Assembly: GCA_963695095.1 (NCBI GenBank)
Contig: CAVOFT010000001.1
Coordinates: forward strand, 3,328,001 to 3,392,000
Direction: 5' to 3'
Origin: an uncultured bacterium
GTDB taxonomy: Bacteria > Krumholzibacteriota > Krumholzibacteriia > JACNKJ01
DNA: 64,000 bases
This document shows, in pieces, positions 8,889 through 18,064 of this stretch; positions within the stretch are counted from its first letter, which is position 1; the number at the start of each line of letters is the position of its first letter. A program made the translations under genes and the position numbers. A model generated the notes under the pieces. The model was given only the letters and a program-made list of their open reading frames with translations. It was not told where the DNA came from and did not search any database.

Positions 8889-11800
8889 TTATTCCAGATT
8901 ACCCAGAAGGCGCAGGTGCAGCTGGAAACGGGCGCCGCCGAGGCTGCCCGGTCCGGGCAGGCAGGCAATCCGACCGCCGAAGCCGACGACCAGCTTGCGG
9001 GCGATCACCAGGCCGTCTCCCCCCAGGGGGACCTTGCTGCTTTCCCAGGGCTCGAAGATCCGCGCGAGCCTGCCGGGCGCGACGCCGGGACCGCTGTCCT
9101 CGAAGAGAAGGCGGAGCTGGTCGCCCTGCACTTCGGCCAGCAAGTGGAGGCGACGGGACGCGCCGGCGCTCATTGCCTCGAGCGCATTGGCAATGAGATT
9201 CTCGAAGACGATCGTGAGCTGCGCCGGCTCGAAGAACACCGGGGGCGCCTGTCCACCGAGGATGGAGAGGCTGAGTTCATCCAGTGGCGGCTCGGCCTGC
9301 AGGCAGCGTGCCAGGGCCGTCTGGAAGCAGGCCACCGGGTCCGCGCCCAGCCGCTCCGCCAGCCTCGCCTCGAGCCCACAAAGCCGGGGACCCAGGCGCT
9401 CCAGCTCCCGCGCCAGCCGGAGCCAGTCTTTCGGCCGCAGCTCCGTGCCGCTGGGCGCCAGCAGCGCTCGCAAGCTGCCGCGGCCACGGGGCTCGAGCTC
9501 TGCAGGCCAGGCTGCGTCCAGGGCTGCCAGGGGAGCGCGCAGGGCTGCCAGGTCGGCGGCGGCACGGCGGCTCGCTTCCGTTCCGCCGCGTGCGGCGAGC
9601 AGGCAGGCCTCGCGCAGGGCGCTGAAGCGCTCCCGCCTCCCCTCGCGGCAGCGCAGATCCTGCAGCAGCCCGAGCAGGAGGGCTCGGGGCTGCCAGGGCC
9701 CGATATCGGGCTCGCCCCGGCGCCGCCACCAGTAGCGTGGCCAGGGTAGCGCCAGGCCGAGCGCGAGGCCGAGAAGGGCCCCGAGACCCGGCCAGACGAA
9801 CCAATCCCGATCGCAGACGCCATGGCCCGAGCCCGGCGCGATCCGGAGCAGGAGCAGCTGGCCCATGCCGAGCAGGGCGACGCCGGACTTCCGCTGGCCG
9901 GGGGAGCAGAGCGCCAGCTCCCGGATGTCACGGGCACCGCCGGGACTCTCGTGCAGGCGCGCGCGCAGCACGAAGTGCCGATCCAGCAGCAGCAGGTCGT
10001 CGGGCAGGACGACCAGCAACTGGCTCGGGCCGTCCGCGATGAAATCCGCCGTGTGCAGGGCGAGCGGCCGCCCCGGCAGGGACCAACGGCCGCGTTCCTG
10101 GAGACGGCGGTCGTAGGCGATGAGCTCGCCCTCCCCGGCGCCGAAGCCGCCGGTCGCCAGCACGAACTCGTCGCTGCCGTCGCCGTCCAGATCGAGAACG
10201 GCCACATCCTGACAGGGCCAGGGCGGCTCGATCACCAAGGTCGGCGAGCCGTCCGCGGGACGATACTCCAGCCGTGTGTTCCCGGCCTGCCCTGACTGCA
10301 GGACCCTGAGCTCGCCCAGGACATGCTTGGCGACTTGCCTGAGCACGTGCCGCCGTAGACTCGAGCCAGGTTGGCCGCAGGCCTCGCCGCGCAGCACGCG
10401 GCCTTCGCCATCCAGATCGAGACACCAGCTCGTGCCGGCCGCCTGCAGACCCGGTGGCGGCCGCGGTCCCGCGCTCGCGGCCACGGAGACCAGCAGTTCG
10501 AGCTGTCCATCGGCGTCCAGATCGGCGAGGCCCTCCAGATGGGCGGGGCCGGAGAGATCGCGCTGCCACAGGATCCCCCGCGCCGGCGAGTAGGCGAGGA
10601 GGCCGCCAGGCGGGTCCAGGCCCGCCTGCGTGTAGGCGAACAAGAAGCCCTCGTCCTCCGGCAACGCGAGCATCTGATTGAAGCGCGGCGCCGGAAAGCC
10701 GGCAGCCGGCCGGGCGGCCGCGGGCAGCGCCAGCAGGCGTTCCGTTCCCGCCGCCTGCGTTGGGGATGCCAGCCGGAGCCTATGCAGCTCGAGAGCGTCG
10801 TCGGCCCAGCGGCTGAGCAGGATCTGCCTCCGCCCGCTGCCGTCCAGGTCCGCTGCGCCCAGGAGGCTCCAGCTGCCGGCACTGGCCAGGGGGATCGACT
10901 CGGACCCAGCCCGCCCTTGCGCCCTTTGCAGCAGCAGCCAGCTTGCCGAAGACGACTCGCTGTGGAGCAGGAGAGCGGCATTGTCCGCACTATCTCCCTC
11001 CAGGTCCGCGCAGAGCAGGTGGGCCGTCGCCGCCTCGAAGGTGATCGACTCCTGCACGCGGAAGTGATGCGTGGTCGGACCTCTCGGCTCAGTGCTGCCG
11101 GCGGGCCGAGCGGCAGCCAGAAGCGCCATCAGCGCGAGCAGGCCGGCCACTGCGCTGCGGGTTCTCGCGGTGGGCCTGCCCTCGTCCCGCATGGGCAGTC
11201 GCAGTCGCAGGGCATCGCCTTCCCGCCGAGCGTCGGCGAGCTCCGATTGCCGCTCGCTGAAGGCTGCCCAGCGCGCCGCCGTCGCCTCGCTGTCACTGCC
11301 GCCCGGCGTTTCGGCACTGAGCTGGAGGACATCCCGCTCTACAGCGAGACAGAGCCGCAGCGACACCCCGCCTTCCCGCGGAATGCGGGTCAAGCCGATC
11401 TCCACGAGGCCGCTGATCGCGTCTGCGAATTCTGCGAATCTCAGATTGAGACGACGCTGCGCGAGGTCGCCGGTCAATCGGAGCTCGAAAGGGACCCCGG
11501 CGGCGGCGGTCAGTCCCTGGAGCGTGGGCAGCAGCTGCAGCAGCTGGTCGAGCACCGGCTTCTGCGCCCGCAAGCGGACGCGCTCGGCGAGCGCCCGCGA
11601 GCATTGGCTCAAGTCCTGACAGCGATCTTGCAGTTCTGCGCCCTGCTCGATGGCGACTGCCCGCGGGTCCCCATCGGCTCGAAGCCGTCCCAGCGCCTCC
11701 CGCAGTGCGCTGGCGCCGGCGAGCACCCTCTCCGCTTCCGGGTCGTCGCCGAGAATGCGGCCTGCCAGCGGCGCCAGCTTGAGCAGTTCGCCCAGCGTCT

Positions 11801-13604
11801 CCTGCACCTCGGCCGCGGTGCCCAGCAGGTTCCTCCGGCGTTCGGCGGTGTCCTGATCCCGCAGGTGACCCACGCGCTTGGCCAGGCTGGGTAGCCGCGC
11901 GGAGAGACTGCCGCCATGGGCGAACAGGCGCAGACCCTCATCCAGCTCCTGCCACAGCGCCTCCTCCTGCTCGGGAGTCGGCAGCGCACTCGAGGCGGAG
12001 TCGCCCCAGCCGCCAGGCCGCAAGCTCCGCTGCTGCCGGCGCAGAAGCAGGACCAGCCAGAGGATCGCCAGCGCCGCAGCGGCGAGGAGGCCAATGAGCA
12101 GGCCGCGCAGGCGGCCCCATCCTGACTTCGGCTCCGTCCCTGTGACCGGGCTCGGTCCGGCAAAATCGGGATTGGGCTCGAGCCGCAGCATCCCGACCTG
12201 CTGCGGAGCCAGGCCGGCGACCGCGAGGCGCGGAATCCCGTCCCCGCCCCGCCAGCAGCGCAGCTGGATAAGGGGATTCACCAAGCGCTCCGTCAGGCCG
12301 CTTGGCCACAGGGCCAGCGGCACGAGCGCCCGGTCGCAGACCAGCAGGTCATCGCCGACGCGCAGGACGAGTTCCGGCCAGGTATCGCCGGTCAGGTCGG
12401 CTGCGCAGAGGGGCTGGACGGAAGGCGCGAACCACCAGCGCGCGCGCTCCTCGAGCCGGCTGTCGAGGAGAAGCAGGCTGCCGTCGGCCAGCCCGATCAG
12501 GACGTCCTCCGCGCCGTCGCCATCCAGATCCGCCACCAGGGGCGGGCCGGTCAGGCCACCTGGCAGCGGCCGCGCCCGCACCAGGAGCCCCGCGGCGTCG
12601 TAGAGGCGCAGCTCGTCAGCCTGGGAGCGGCTCAGGCTCGCCAGCACCAGGGGCAGCGCCTGCGCGCTCGGACGCAGGGGTTGCGTGGCGGCGAGGGTGG
12701 CGAACGCGCCCGCCTGCACGTTCAGCCGATCGCGGCCCGTCAAGTCGATCACCCGCCAGTAGGAATGGTCATCGCTGCCGCGCGCACAGGAGTCGCCATT
12801 GCCGCTGGCGTAGCTGGACAGGAAGAGCTCGCGCTGGGAGTCCCCATCCAGGTCGGCAAGATGATAGCCGAAGGTGTTGTTGGGCAGGCGGATCTGCGTG
12901 CGCAACACTCCCTGCAGGTCGTAGACCAGGAGCCCGCGCGGCGCGCTCCGCCAGTTGAAGCCCGCCATGGTCTGGACAAGGATGCGGCCCTCCGGGGCCA
13001 GGATCCGGCCCTCGAGATGGCTGCGCGGCAAGTGCTCGTGGCCCGAGCCCTCATGTCCCACCGCGATGTCGGCAAGCACGAGCAGCGTGTCGCACTGCAC
13101 CGTTCCCGTAGCGCCCCGCCGCAGGCGCTCTAGCCAGAAGCCCAGGCGCCGGTGCTCGCTGTCGTAGTGCCAGAACAGCAGCTCTTCGGCACCGTCCCCG
13201 TCCAGATCGCCACCGCCGGCCAGGCCGCCCTGATAGAGGGGAAAGTTCCACTGCCAGATCGGATTCTGGGGAGCCGCGAGTTCGAAGAGGAGGACGCTGC
13301 TCAGCCCTTCGCCCAGGGGTTCACGGCCGCTGGCCAGGAACTCGGGCGTCGCGTCGCCCAGGAGCTGGGCCAGCCGGAACTCCGTGGCGGCGAAGGAGCC
13401 CTCCTTGGCCAGGCGCCAGGGCAGGGTGGCGGGAGCCGGCAGGGCGTTGCGAGGCCTGTCATCGCCGACCGCCGAGTTCCCCCGGTGGGCCGGCAGGAAC
13501 AGGAGCAGGCAGAGGCAGGCCGACAGCAGGGGCCGGCGAGGCGGCGTCGTCCGCAGCATGGCGCCCCATTCGATGGGTGACCCATCGAGTCTATCAGCTT
13601 TCAT
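8889..13604 (-). CDS. Tandem double sensor: FG-GAP propeller-TM-degenerate kinase-like region, fused to a second FG-GAP propeller-TM-HATPase
   Basis: Multiple D(L)DGDG..E FG-GAP motifs and three internal hydrophobic segments. C-terminal HATPase boxes ENLIANALEA, EDSGPG, IFEP, GGDGL. Start could instead be ATG 13559. Confidence 0.85.
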   Translation of the reverse strand: MKADRLDGSPIEWGAMLRTTPPRRPLLSACLCLLLFLPAHRGNSAVGDDRPRNALPAPATLPWRLAKEGSFAATEFRLAQLLGDATPEFLASGREPLGEGLSSVLLFELAAPQNPIWQWNFPLYQGGLAGGGDLDGDGAEELLFWHYDSEHRRLGFWLERLRRGATGTVQCDTLLVLADIAVGHEGSGHEHLPRSHLEGRILAPEGRILVQTMAGFNWRSAPRGLLVYDLQGVLRTQIRLPNNTFGYHLADLDGDSQRELFLSSYASGNGDSCARGSDDHSYWRVIDLTGRDRLNVQAGAFATLAATQPLRPSAQALPLVLASLSRSQADELRLYDAAGLLVRARPLPGGLTGPPLVADLDGDGAEDVLIGLADGSLLLLDSRLEERARWWFAPSVQPLCAADLTGDTWPELVLRVGDDLLVCDRALVPLALWPSGLTERLVNPLIQLRCWRGGDGIPRLAVAGLAPQQVGMLRLEPNPDFAGPSPVTGTEPKSGWGRLRGLLIGLLAAAALAILWLVLLLRRQQRSLRPGGWGDSASSALPTPEQEEALWQELDEGLRLFAHGGSLSARLPSLAKRVGHLRDQDTAERRRNLLGTAAEVQETLGELLKLAPLAGRILGDDPEAERVLAGASALREALGRLRADGDPRAVAIEQGAELQDRCQDLSQCSRALAERVRLRAQKPVLDQLLQLLPTLQGLTAAAGVPFELRLTGDLAQRRLNLRFAEFADAISGLVEIGLTRIPREGGVSLRLCLAVERDVLQLSAETPGGSDSEATAARWAAFSERQSELADARREGDALRLRLPMRDEGRPTARTRSAVAGLLALMALLAAARPAGSTEPRGPTTHHFRVQESITFEAATAHLLCADLEGDSADNAALLLHSESSSASWLLLQRAQGRAGSESIPLASAGSWSLLGAADLDGSGRRQILLSRWADDALELHRLRLASPTQAAGTERLLALPAAARPAAGFPAPRFNQMLALPEDEGFLFAYTQAGLDPPGGLLAYSPARGILWQRDLSGPAHLEGLADLDADGQLELLVSVAASAGPRPPPGLQAAGTSWCLDLDGEGRVLRGEACGQPGSSLRRHVLRQVAKHVLGELRVLQSGQAGNTRLEYRPADGSPTLVIEPPWPCQDVAVLDLDGDGSDEFVLATGGFGAGEGELIAYDRRLQERGRWSLPGRPLALHTADFIADGPSQLLVVLPDDLLLLDRHFVLRARLHESPGGARDIRELALCSPGQRKSGVALLGMGQLLLLRIAPGSGHGVCDRDWFVWPGLGALLGLALGLALPWPRYWWRRRGEPDIGPWQPRALLLGLLQDLRCREGRRERFSALREACLLAARGGTEASRRAAADLAALRAPLAALDAAWPAELEPRGRGSLRALLAPSGTELRPKDWLRLARELERLGPRLCGLEARLAERLGADPVACFQTALARCLQAEPPLDELSLSILGGQAPPVFFEPAQLTIVFENLIANALEAMSAGASRRLHLLAEVQGDQLRLLFEDSGPGVAPGRLARIFEPWESSKVPLGGDGLVIARKLVVGFGGRIACLPGPGSLGGARFQLHLRLLGNLE

Positions 13605-13637
13605 CTTTAGGAGATAGCGCTAATTCGAGGATCATCA

Positions 13638-15968
13638 TCATGAATCAGAGGCGGCGACCTGCCGCGAGCGCTCCGGCCCTTCGGCGAGGATGAACGCCAG
13701 CTGCACGCCGCCGTCCTGGCAGCGCAGGCCGCAGTGCAGGCGCGCGGCCGCCGCCGCGATGCCGAGCCGCTCCAGGTCGGCCGCGCCCGGAGCCGATCCT
13801 GCCAAATCGTCCCGGCAAGCGACCAGGAGCTGCGTGGGCTCGCGCCGCGCCTGCAGCAGGAGCACTCCCGCTCCGCCGCGGGCGCGCTGCCGGAAGAGTT
13901 GCCCGAGCAGGACGAAGAGCTGATCGGCCTCATCCGGATTGGCGACTGGCGCCTCGTCCCGCCAGTCGCCGGCGAGATCGAGGCGAAGCGAGAGTCCAAC
14001 GGCGGCGAAGCGGGTGAGCAGGAGGCCGATGAAAGCAGCGGGCGGGACGGCGAGTCGCGCGTCAACCTGCAGGTGCAGGGCCTCGATTCCGGCGCTGATC
14101 GCCCGCGCCGCCCGTTCCGCGGCGGCCAGCTCGTTGGCAGGCGGCAAGCGGTCGGGAGCGAGAACAGAGGCGAGCTGCGCGAGCCGCTCGGCGTCCGCCT
14201 GGAAGGCCCGGCAGCGCAGCTTGTCCCAGGCTCCGGCCGCGGCCAGGTCGCCGATCTGCCGCAGGATGGGCAGCGTCTGCAACCGAAAGGCCGCCGCCGC
14301 CGCCCGCAGGCGGGGGAAATAGCGCGCCGCCGTGTCCCGCTCCCCCTGGCTGTTGCGCAGGGCGAAGATCAGGCTGTCGAGCTGGCCACGGGCGGCGGCA
14401 CTATGGCGAAAGCCACGGAGCTGGTCGCGCAGCGGGCGCCAGCACTCCGCCGCCGTCGCCGCGCCGGCCGCGGACCCTCCCCGCTTCAGCCAGAGCGACC
14501 CTGCGAGCGAACCGATGGCCAGGCCTGCGACAGCTGCGATGAGCGCCAGAAGCCAGCGCGCCGGCTCGCCCCGCGCTTGCGCGGCCGCCCCCGGCAGCAG
14601 CTCGAGCAGCAGCGAAGCCCCCGGCTGACCGCGACTCATGGCGACGAAGCGCCGACCCTCCGCGCTGACCCAGCCGGTCGCTTGCTGAGGCAGCTGATGC
14701 GAGTAGAGCAACTCGCCGTCCCAGAGCGCCAGCGGCGCCAGCGTCTGGTCGAAGAGGCCGAGCCGATTGCCGACCGCGATCAGGAGATCCGGCCGGCCAC
14801 GGCCGCGCAGATCCACCGCCGCCAGTGGGCCCACCGCGGCCGCGAAGCGCCAGTCGGCGAGCAACTGCAGATCGCGATCGAGGAGCAGCAAGCGGCCGTC
14901 CGTGAGGCCGAGCAGCAATTCATCGCTGCCATCGCGGTCCCAGTCGACGACCAGACTGCGCCAGAGGGCCGCCGGCAGGCTACGCTCGCGCAGGAGGCGA
15001 CCGTCCGCGGCGTAGATGCGCAGGGGACAGTGCTCACCCTCGCCGAGCAGCAGCGCCGCAATGGCGGGGGCCTGCCCCGCGATGCGCATGGGCTGGGTCT
15101 GGGCCTCGCTGAAGGCGCCGCCCGCTTCGACGTCAAGCAGGCGGCGGGCGTCGGCATCGATCACCCGCCAGTAGGAGTGGCAGTCGTCCTCGCCGGGCAG
15201 CCTCTGGCCGTTGCAGGTGGCATGCGTGCCGAGGAAGAGCTCCGGCCGGCCGTCGCCGTCGAGGTCGGCCAGCGCCGTGATGTAGACATTCGGGGCGGCG
15301 GCGGCGTGCCGGCGCAGACGACCCTGCGCATCGAGCAGGAGCGGGCCGCGGGGCGCCAGGCCAAAGCCCGCGACAGGCAGGGCGACCCAGAGATCCGCCG
15401 CCGCATCGAGCCGCCCCGACCCGTGCATCTGCGGGGCGAACTCGGCGCCGGCGCCGGCAGTCGGCACTGGAATCGCCTCGCTGCGCCAGAGCGTCTCGGT
15501 CCGCAATCCACCGGGGCCGAGGCGCAGGGCGTCCGCCCGGAGCCGGAAGCCGCCTTCGTCGCGGATCCAGAAGAGCAGCTCTTGGCGTCCGTCGCCGGCC
15601 AGCAGATCCGCCGTGCCGGCCAGGCCGCCCTGGCCGGCGACGAAGTTCCATTGCTTGAGAGGACGCGACACCGAGCCCTCCAGCCGCGAAGCCAGCACGA
15701 AGCTGTGGCTGAGCGTATCGGGGCCTGCCCCGCAGGTGACGAGCTCCGGTGCGCCGTCGCCATCGAGATCGAGGACGAAGAGCTCACTCCCCCGCAGGGC
15801 CAGGCAGGTCTCCAGGGTCAAGGGCAGGGAATCCCGCGCGGGCAGCCCGACGGGCAGGGGCGCCGGCTCGCTGGTCACCCTGTGCGGCACGAGCGCGAGC
15901 AGGAGCAGGGCGACGCCCAAGCGGCGGACAACAGCGCAGCGCCTGCCATTGGGGATCCGGGTGCGCAT
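13638..15968 (-). CDS. FG-GAP beta-propeller membrane sensor with degenerate histidine-kinase-like cytoplasmic region
   Basis: GGAGGG RBS before ATG 15968, signal peptide, DLDGDG repeats, TM WLLALIAAVAGLAIGSLAGSLWL. Paralogous to the modules in 8889-13604 (shared D.HSYWRVID). Confidence 0.85.
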   Translation of the reverse strand: MRTRIPNGRRCAVVRRLGVALLLLALVPHRVTSEPAPLPVGLPARDSLPLTLETCLALRGSELFVLDLDGDGAPELVTCGAGPDTLSHSFVLASRLEGSVSRPLKQWNFVAGQGGLAGTADLLAGDGRQELLFWIRDEGGFRLRADALRLGPGGLRTETLWRSEAIPVPTAGAGAEFAPQMHGSGRLDAAADLWVALPVAGFGLAPRGPLLLDAQGRLRRHAAAAPNVYITALADLDGDGRPELFLGTHATCNGQRLPGEDDCHSYWRVIDADARRLLDVEAGGAFSEAQTQPMRIAGQAPAIAALLLGEGEHCPLRIYAADGRLLRERSLPAALWRSLVVDWDRDGSDELLLGLTDGRLLLLDRDLQLLADWRFAAAVGPLAAVDLRGRGRPDLLIAVGNRLGLFDQTLAPLALWDGELLYSHQLPQQATGWVSAEGRRFVAMSRGQPGASLLLELLPGAAAQARGEPARWLLALIAAVAGLAIGSLAGSLWLKRGGSAAGAATAAECWRPLRDQLRGFRHSAAARGQLDSLIFALRNSQGERDTAARYFPRLRAAAAAFRLQTLPILRQIGDLAAAGAWDKLRCRAFQADAERLAQLASVLAPDRLPPANELAAAERAARAISAGIEALHLQVDARLAVPPAAFIGLLLTRFAAVGLSLRLDLAGDWRDEAPVANPDEADQLFVLLGQLFRQRARGGAGVLLLQARREPTQLLVACRDDLAGSAPGAADLERLGIAAAAARLHCGLRCQDGGVQLAFILAEGPERSRQVAASDS

Positions 15969-16043
15969 GACCCTCCGGGGACGGAATCTACATATAAGGA
16001 GGATAGCGCGATTTGGCCGCGGGGGCGGCATGCAGGACGGGAA

Positions 16044-16063
16044 CTGTCGCCCTGTTGCGACAG
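16044..16063. promoter_or_regulatory. Candidate operator, inverted repeat CTGTCGC-N6-GCGACAG
   Basis: Perfect 7-bp arms, ~75 bp upstream of the sensor operon start. Confidence 0.45.
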
Positions 16064-16091
16064 CTGCTCGCGCGAACGCGCAGCGTCCCTG

Positions 16092-17945
16092 CTACTTGAG
16101 CAAGAGCAGCTTCTGGCGGCCGAGATCGCGGTCGTCCAGCCGCAGGCGGGCGAAGTAGACGCCGCTGGCGACGCGGGCGCCGCGGCTGTCGCGGCCGTCC
16201 CAGCGGGCGAAGCCCGGGCCGGCGGGCAGCGCCTCGTCGAGCAGCGTGCGCAGCGCCCGCCCCTGGGCGTCGAGGATCTCCAGCCTGACGCGGCCGCCTG
16301 CGTTCAACTCGTAGCGCAGTCGCGTGCTCGGATTGAAGGGATTGGGGTGCGGCGCGAGCAGACGCCCCGCCCCAGCGTCCGGGAGCTCAGGCGCGGCGGT
16401 CCAGCCGAAGCCGGCGTCGCTGATCACCTGCCCGAGATAGGGACCCTGGGCAAGCGGCGCCGTGGGCGGCTGCGGATCCTCGCCCGAGCGAATGTACTCC
16501 TCGATGCTGTCAACGGCGATATGGCCCCAGCTCTGGCTGCTGAGGTCCGCGATGACGAGGAAGACGGTCTGCCCCGCGAGGCTGGAGAGGTTCCACAGCC
16601 GCGGCGTGAGGACATGGCTGTCCATGCCCGTCTCCGAGAAGAGGATGCGCTCGTCGCTGGCGCGCACCAAGGCCACGAAGGTGAGGGCGGGCTTGTTGCC
16701 GCCGCCGACGAGCAGCTTCATGCGATCGCCGCTCACGGTGAAGTCGTCGCTGCGGATCAGGCCGGTGGGCACATTGCCCTGGATGCGACCGGGCGGATAG
16801 ATGTCCGGGTCGTGGAAGAACTCATAGGTGGCGACATAGCTGTTGCCTTGCATCCCCGTGGGCACGCCGTTGCGCTCGTAGGGATTGTCGCCCCAGGTCG
16901 GCTGGAAGTTGAAGGCGGTGCCGAAGACGGTCGTCCAGTTGTCGGCGAAGCCTTCGTGGTAGCTGATCGTGGGCTCGCCCCCGGGCTCATCGAAGCTCAC
17001 ATCCCCGAAGCGGAAGAAGAAGCGGGTGCCGTCGCGCAGCTCAAGGCCGCGATGCAGACTCCAGAGGTCGGGCTCGCCGGGAATGCTCGTGATCTCGTTG
17101 GCATGGCCTTCGTCGATGTAGGTGCGATTGGCCTTGGACCAGGCGCCGGTGAAGCTGGGACTGGCGATGTGGCTGATCTGCTGCTCGCCCCCTTCCGTGA
17201 AGAACAGGTGGTAGTAGCCCCCGCGCTTCACGAGCTGCACGCTTTCGAGAACATTCCTGCTATCGTTGACGAAGAAGGCGCCGAGGTCCGTCCAGGGGCC
17301 CAGGTTGTTGCTGATGGCATGGCTGATGCCGCCCATGCTGTCCGGCGCGACGCTGACCGAGTTGAGCAGATACCACTGGGAACTGCCGTCTTCGTGGAAG
17401 AGCTCCGGATCGCGGCAGTTGGACCACTGGCCCGGGCTCCAGATCGCCCAGCTGCCGGGGCGGTACAGCGGGTTGCCCGCCCAGCGATACCAGTGGAAGA
17501 GATCGTAGGACGAGGCGAGGCCCGTTTGCTGCGTCAGGCCCCAGTTGGAGCCCGTGTAGTACATCAGCCAGTCGCCGCTGTTGGGATCGTCGATGATCTT
17601 CGGCGCCCAGACGAACTCCGACTCCCAGGCCGGCGGATTGGGGATGTCGACGGATAGGACGCTGTCCTGGCGCGTCCAGTGCCTGAGGTCGGGGCTCGTG
17701 ATGTGCCCGAACCACTGCTCCTTGCGCAGGTAGTGGCCGTCGGGCGGCAGGCTCTGGATGTAGAACACGTGATAGATGCCGTTGTGCTTGACCACCGCGT
17801 GGTCCTTGCACTGGATGCCCATCGTCTCGAAGAAGAAGGGGCGCTCGAAGTCGGCGAGCAGGAGGGCATCGGCTGCGGAAGTCCGAAGCATGAGAACGGC
17901 AAGGGCCCCTAGGAGAACCCGCGCGGCCATGGGGAAACGTGGCAT
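16092..17945 (-). CDS. Secreted GH32/GH-J-like five-bladed beta-propeller + accessory beta-sandwich + FlgD-Ig/T9SS-like CTD
   Basis: KDHAVVKHNGIYHVFY, HITSPDLRHW, VWAP, NCRDP (RDP motif), VLES; PNPFNP CTD. Confidence 0.85.
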   Translation of the reverse strand: MPRFPMAARVLLGALAVLMLRTSAADALLLADFERPFFFETMGIQCKDHAVVKHNGIYHVFYIQSLPPDGHYLRKEQWFGHITSPDLRHWTRQDSVLSVDIPNPPAWESEFVWAPKIIDDPNSGDWLMYYTGSNWGLTQQTGLASSYDLFHWYRWAGNPLYRPGSWAIWSPGQWSNCRDPELFHEDGSSQWYLLNSVSVAPDSMGGISHAISNNLGPWTDLGAFFVNDSRNVLESVQLVKRGGYYHLFFTEGGEQQISHIASPSFTGAWSKANRTYIDEGHANEITSIPGEPDLWSLHRGLELRDGTRFFFRFGDVSFDEPGGEPTISYHEGFADNWTTVFGTAFNFQPTWGDNPYERNGVPTGMQGNSYVATYEFFHDPDIYPPGRIQGNVPTGLIRSDDFTVSGDRMKLLVGGGNKPALTFVALVRASDERILFSETGMDSHVLTPRLWNLSSLAGQTVFLVIADLSSQSWGHIAVDSIEEYIRSGEDPQPPTAPLAQGPYLGQVISDAGFGWTAAPELPDAGAGRLLAPHPNPFNPSTRLRYELNAGGRVRLEILDAQGRALRTLLDEALPAGPGFARWDGRDSRGARVASGVYFARLRLDDRDLGRQKLLLLK

Positions 17946-17968
17946 CGCTCACCTCACGAGAGGCCACT

Positions 17969-17977
17969 ATTCTAGCA
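17969..17977 (-). promoter_or_regulatory. Extended -10 element TGCTAGAAT
   Basis: TGnTAnnnT about 24 bp upstream of ATG 17945; no well-spaced -35. Confidence 0.4.
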
Positions 17978-18064
17978 GATCCGGCGGCGGGGCGGGGGCG
18001 CAAATGCACGGGTGATCGGGGTCCGAAACGATGCGAAATCAGGAGCTTGTCCTGGAAACGGCGC

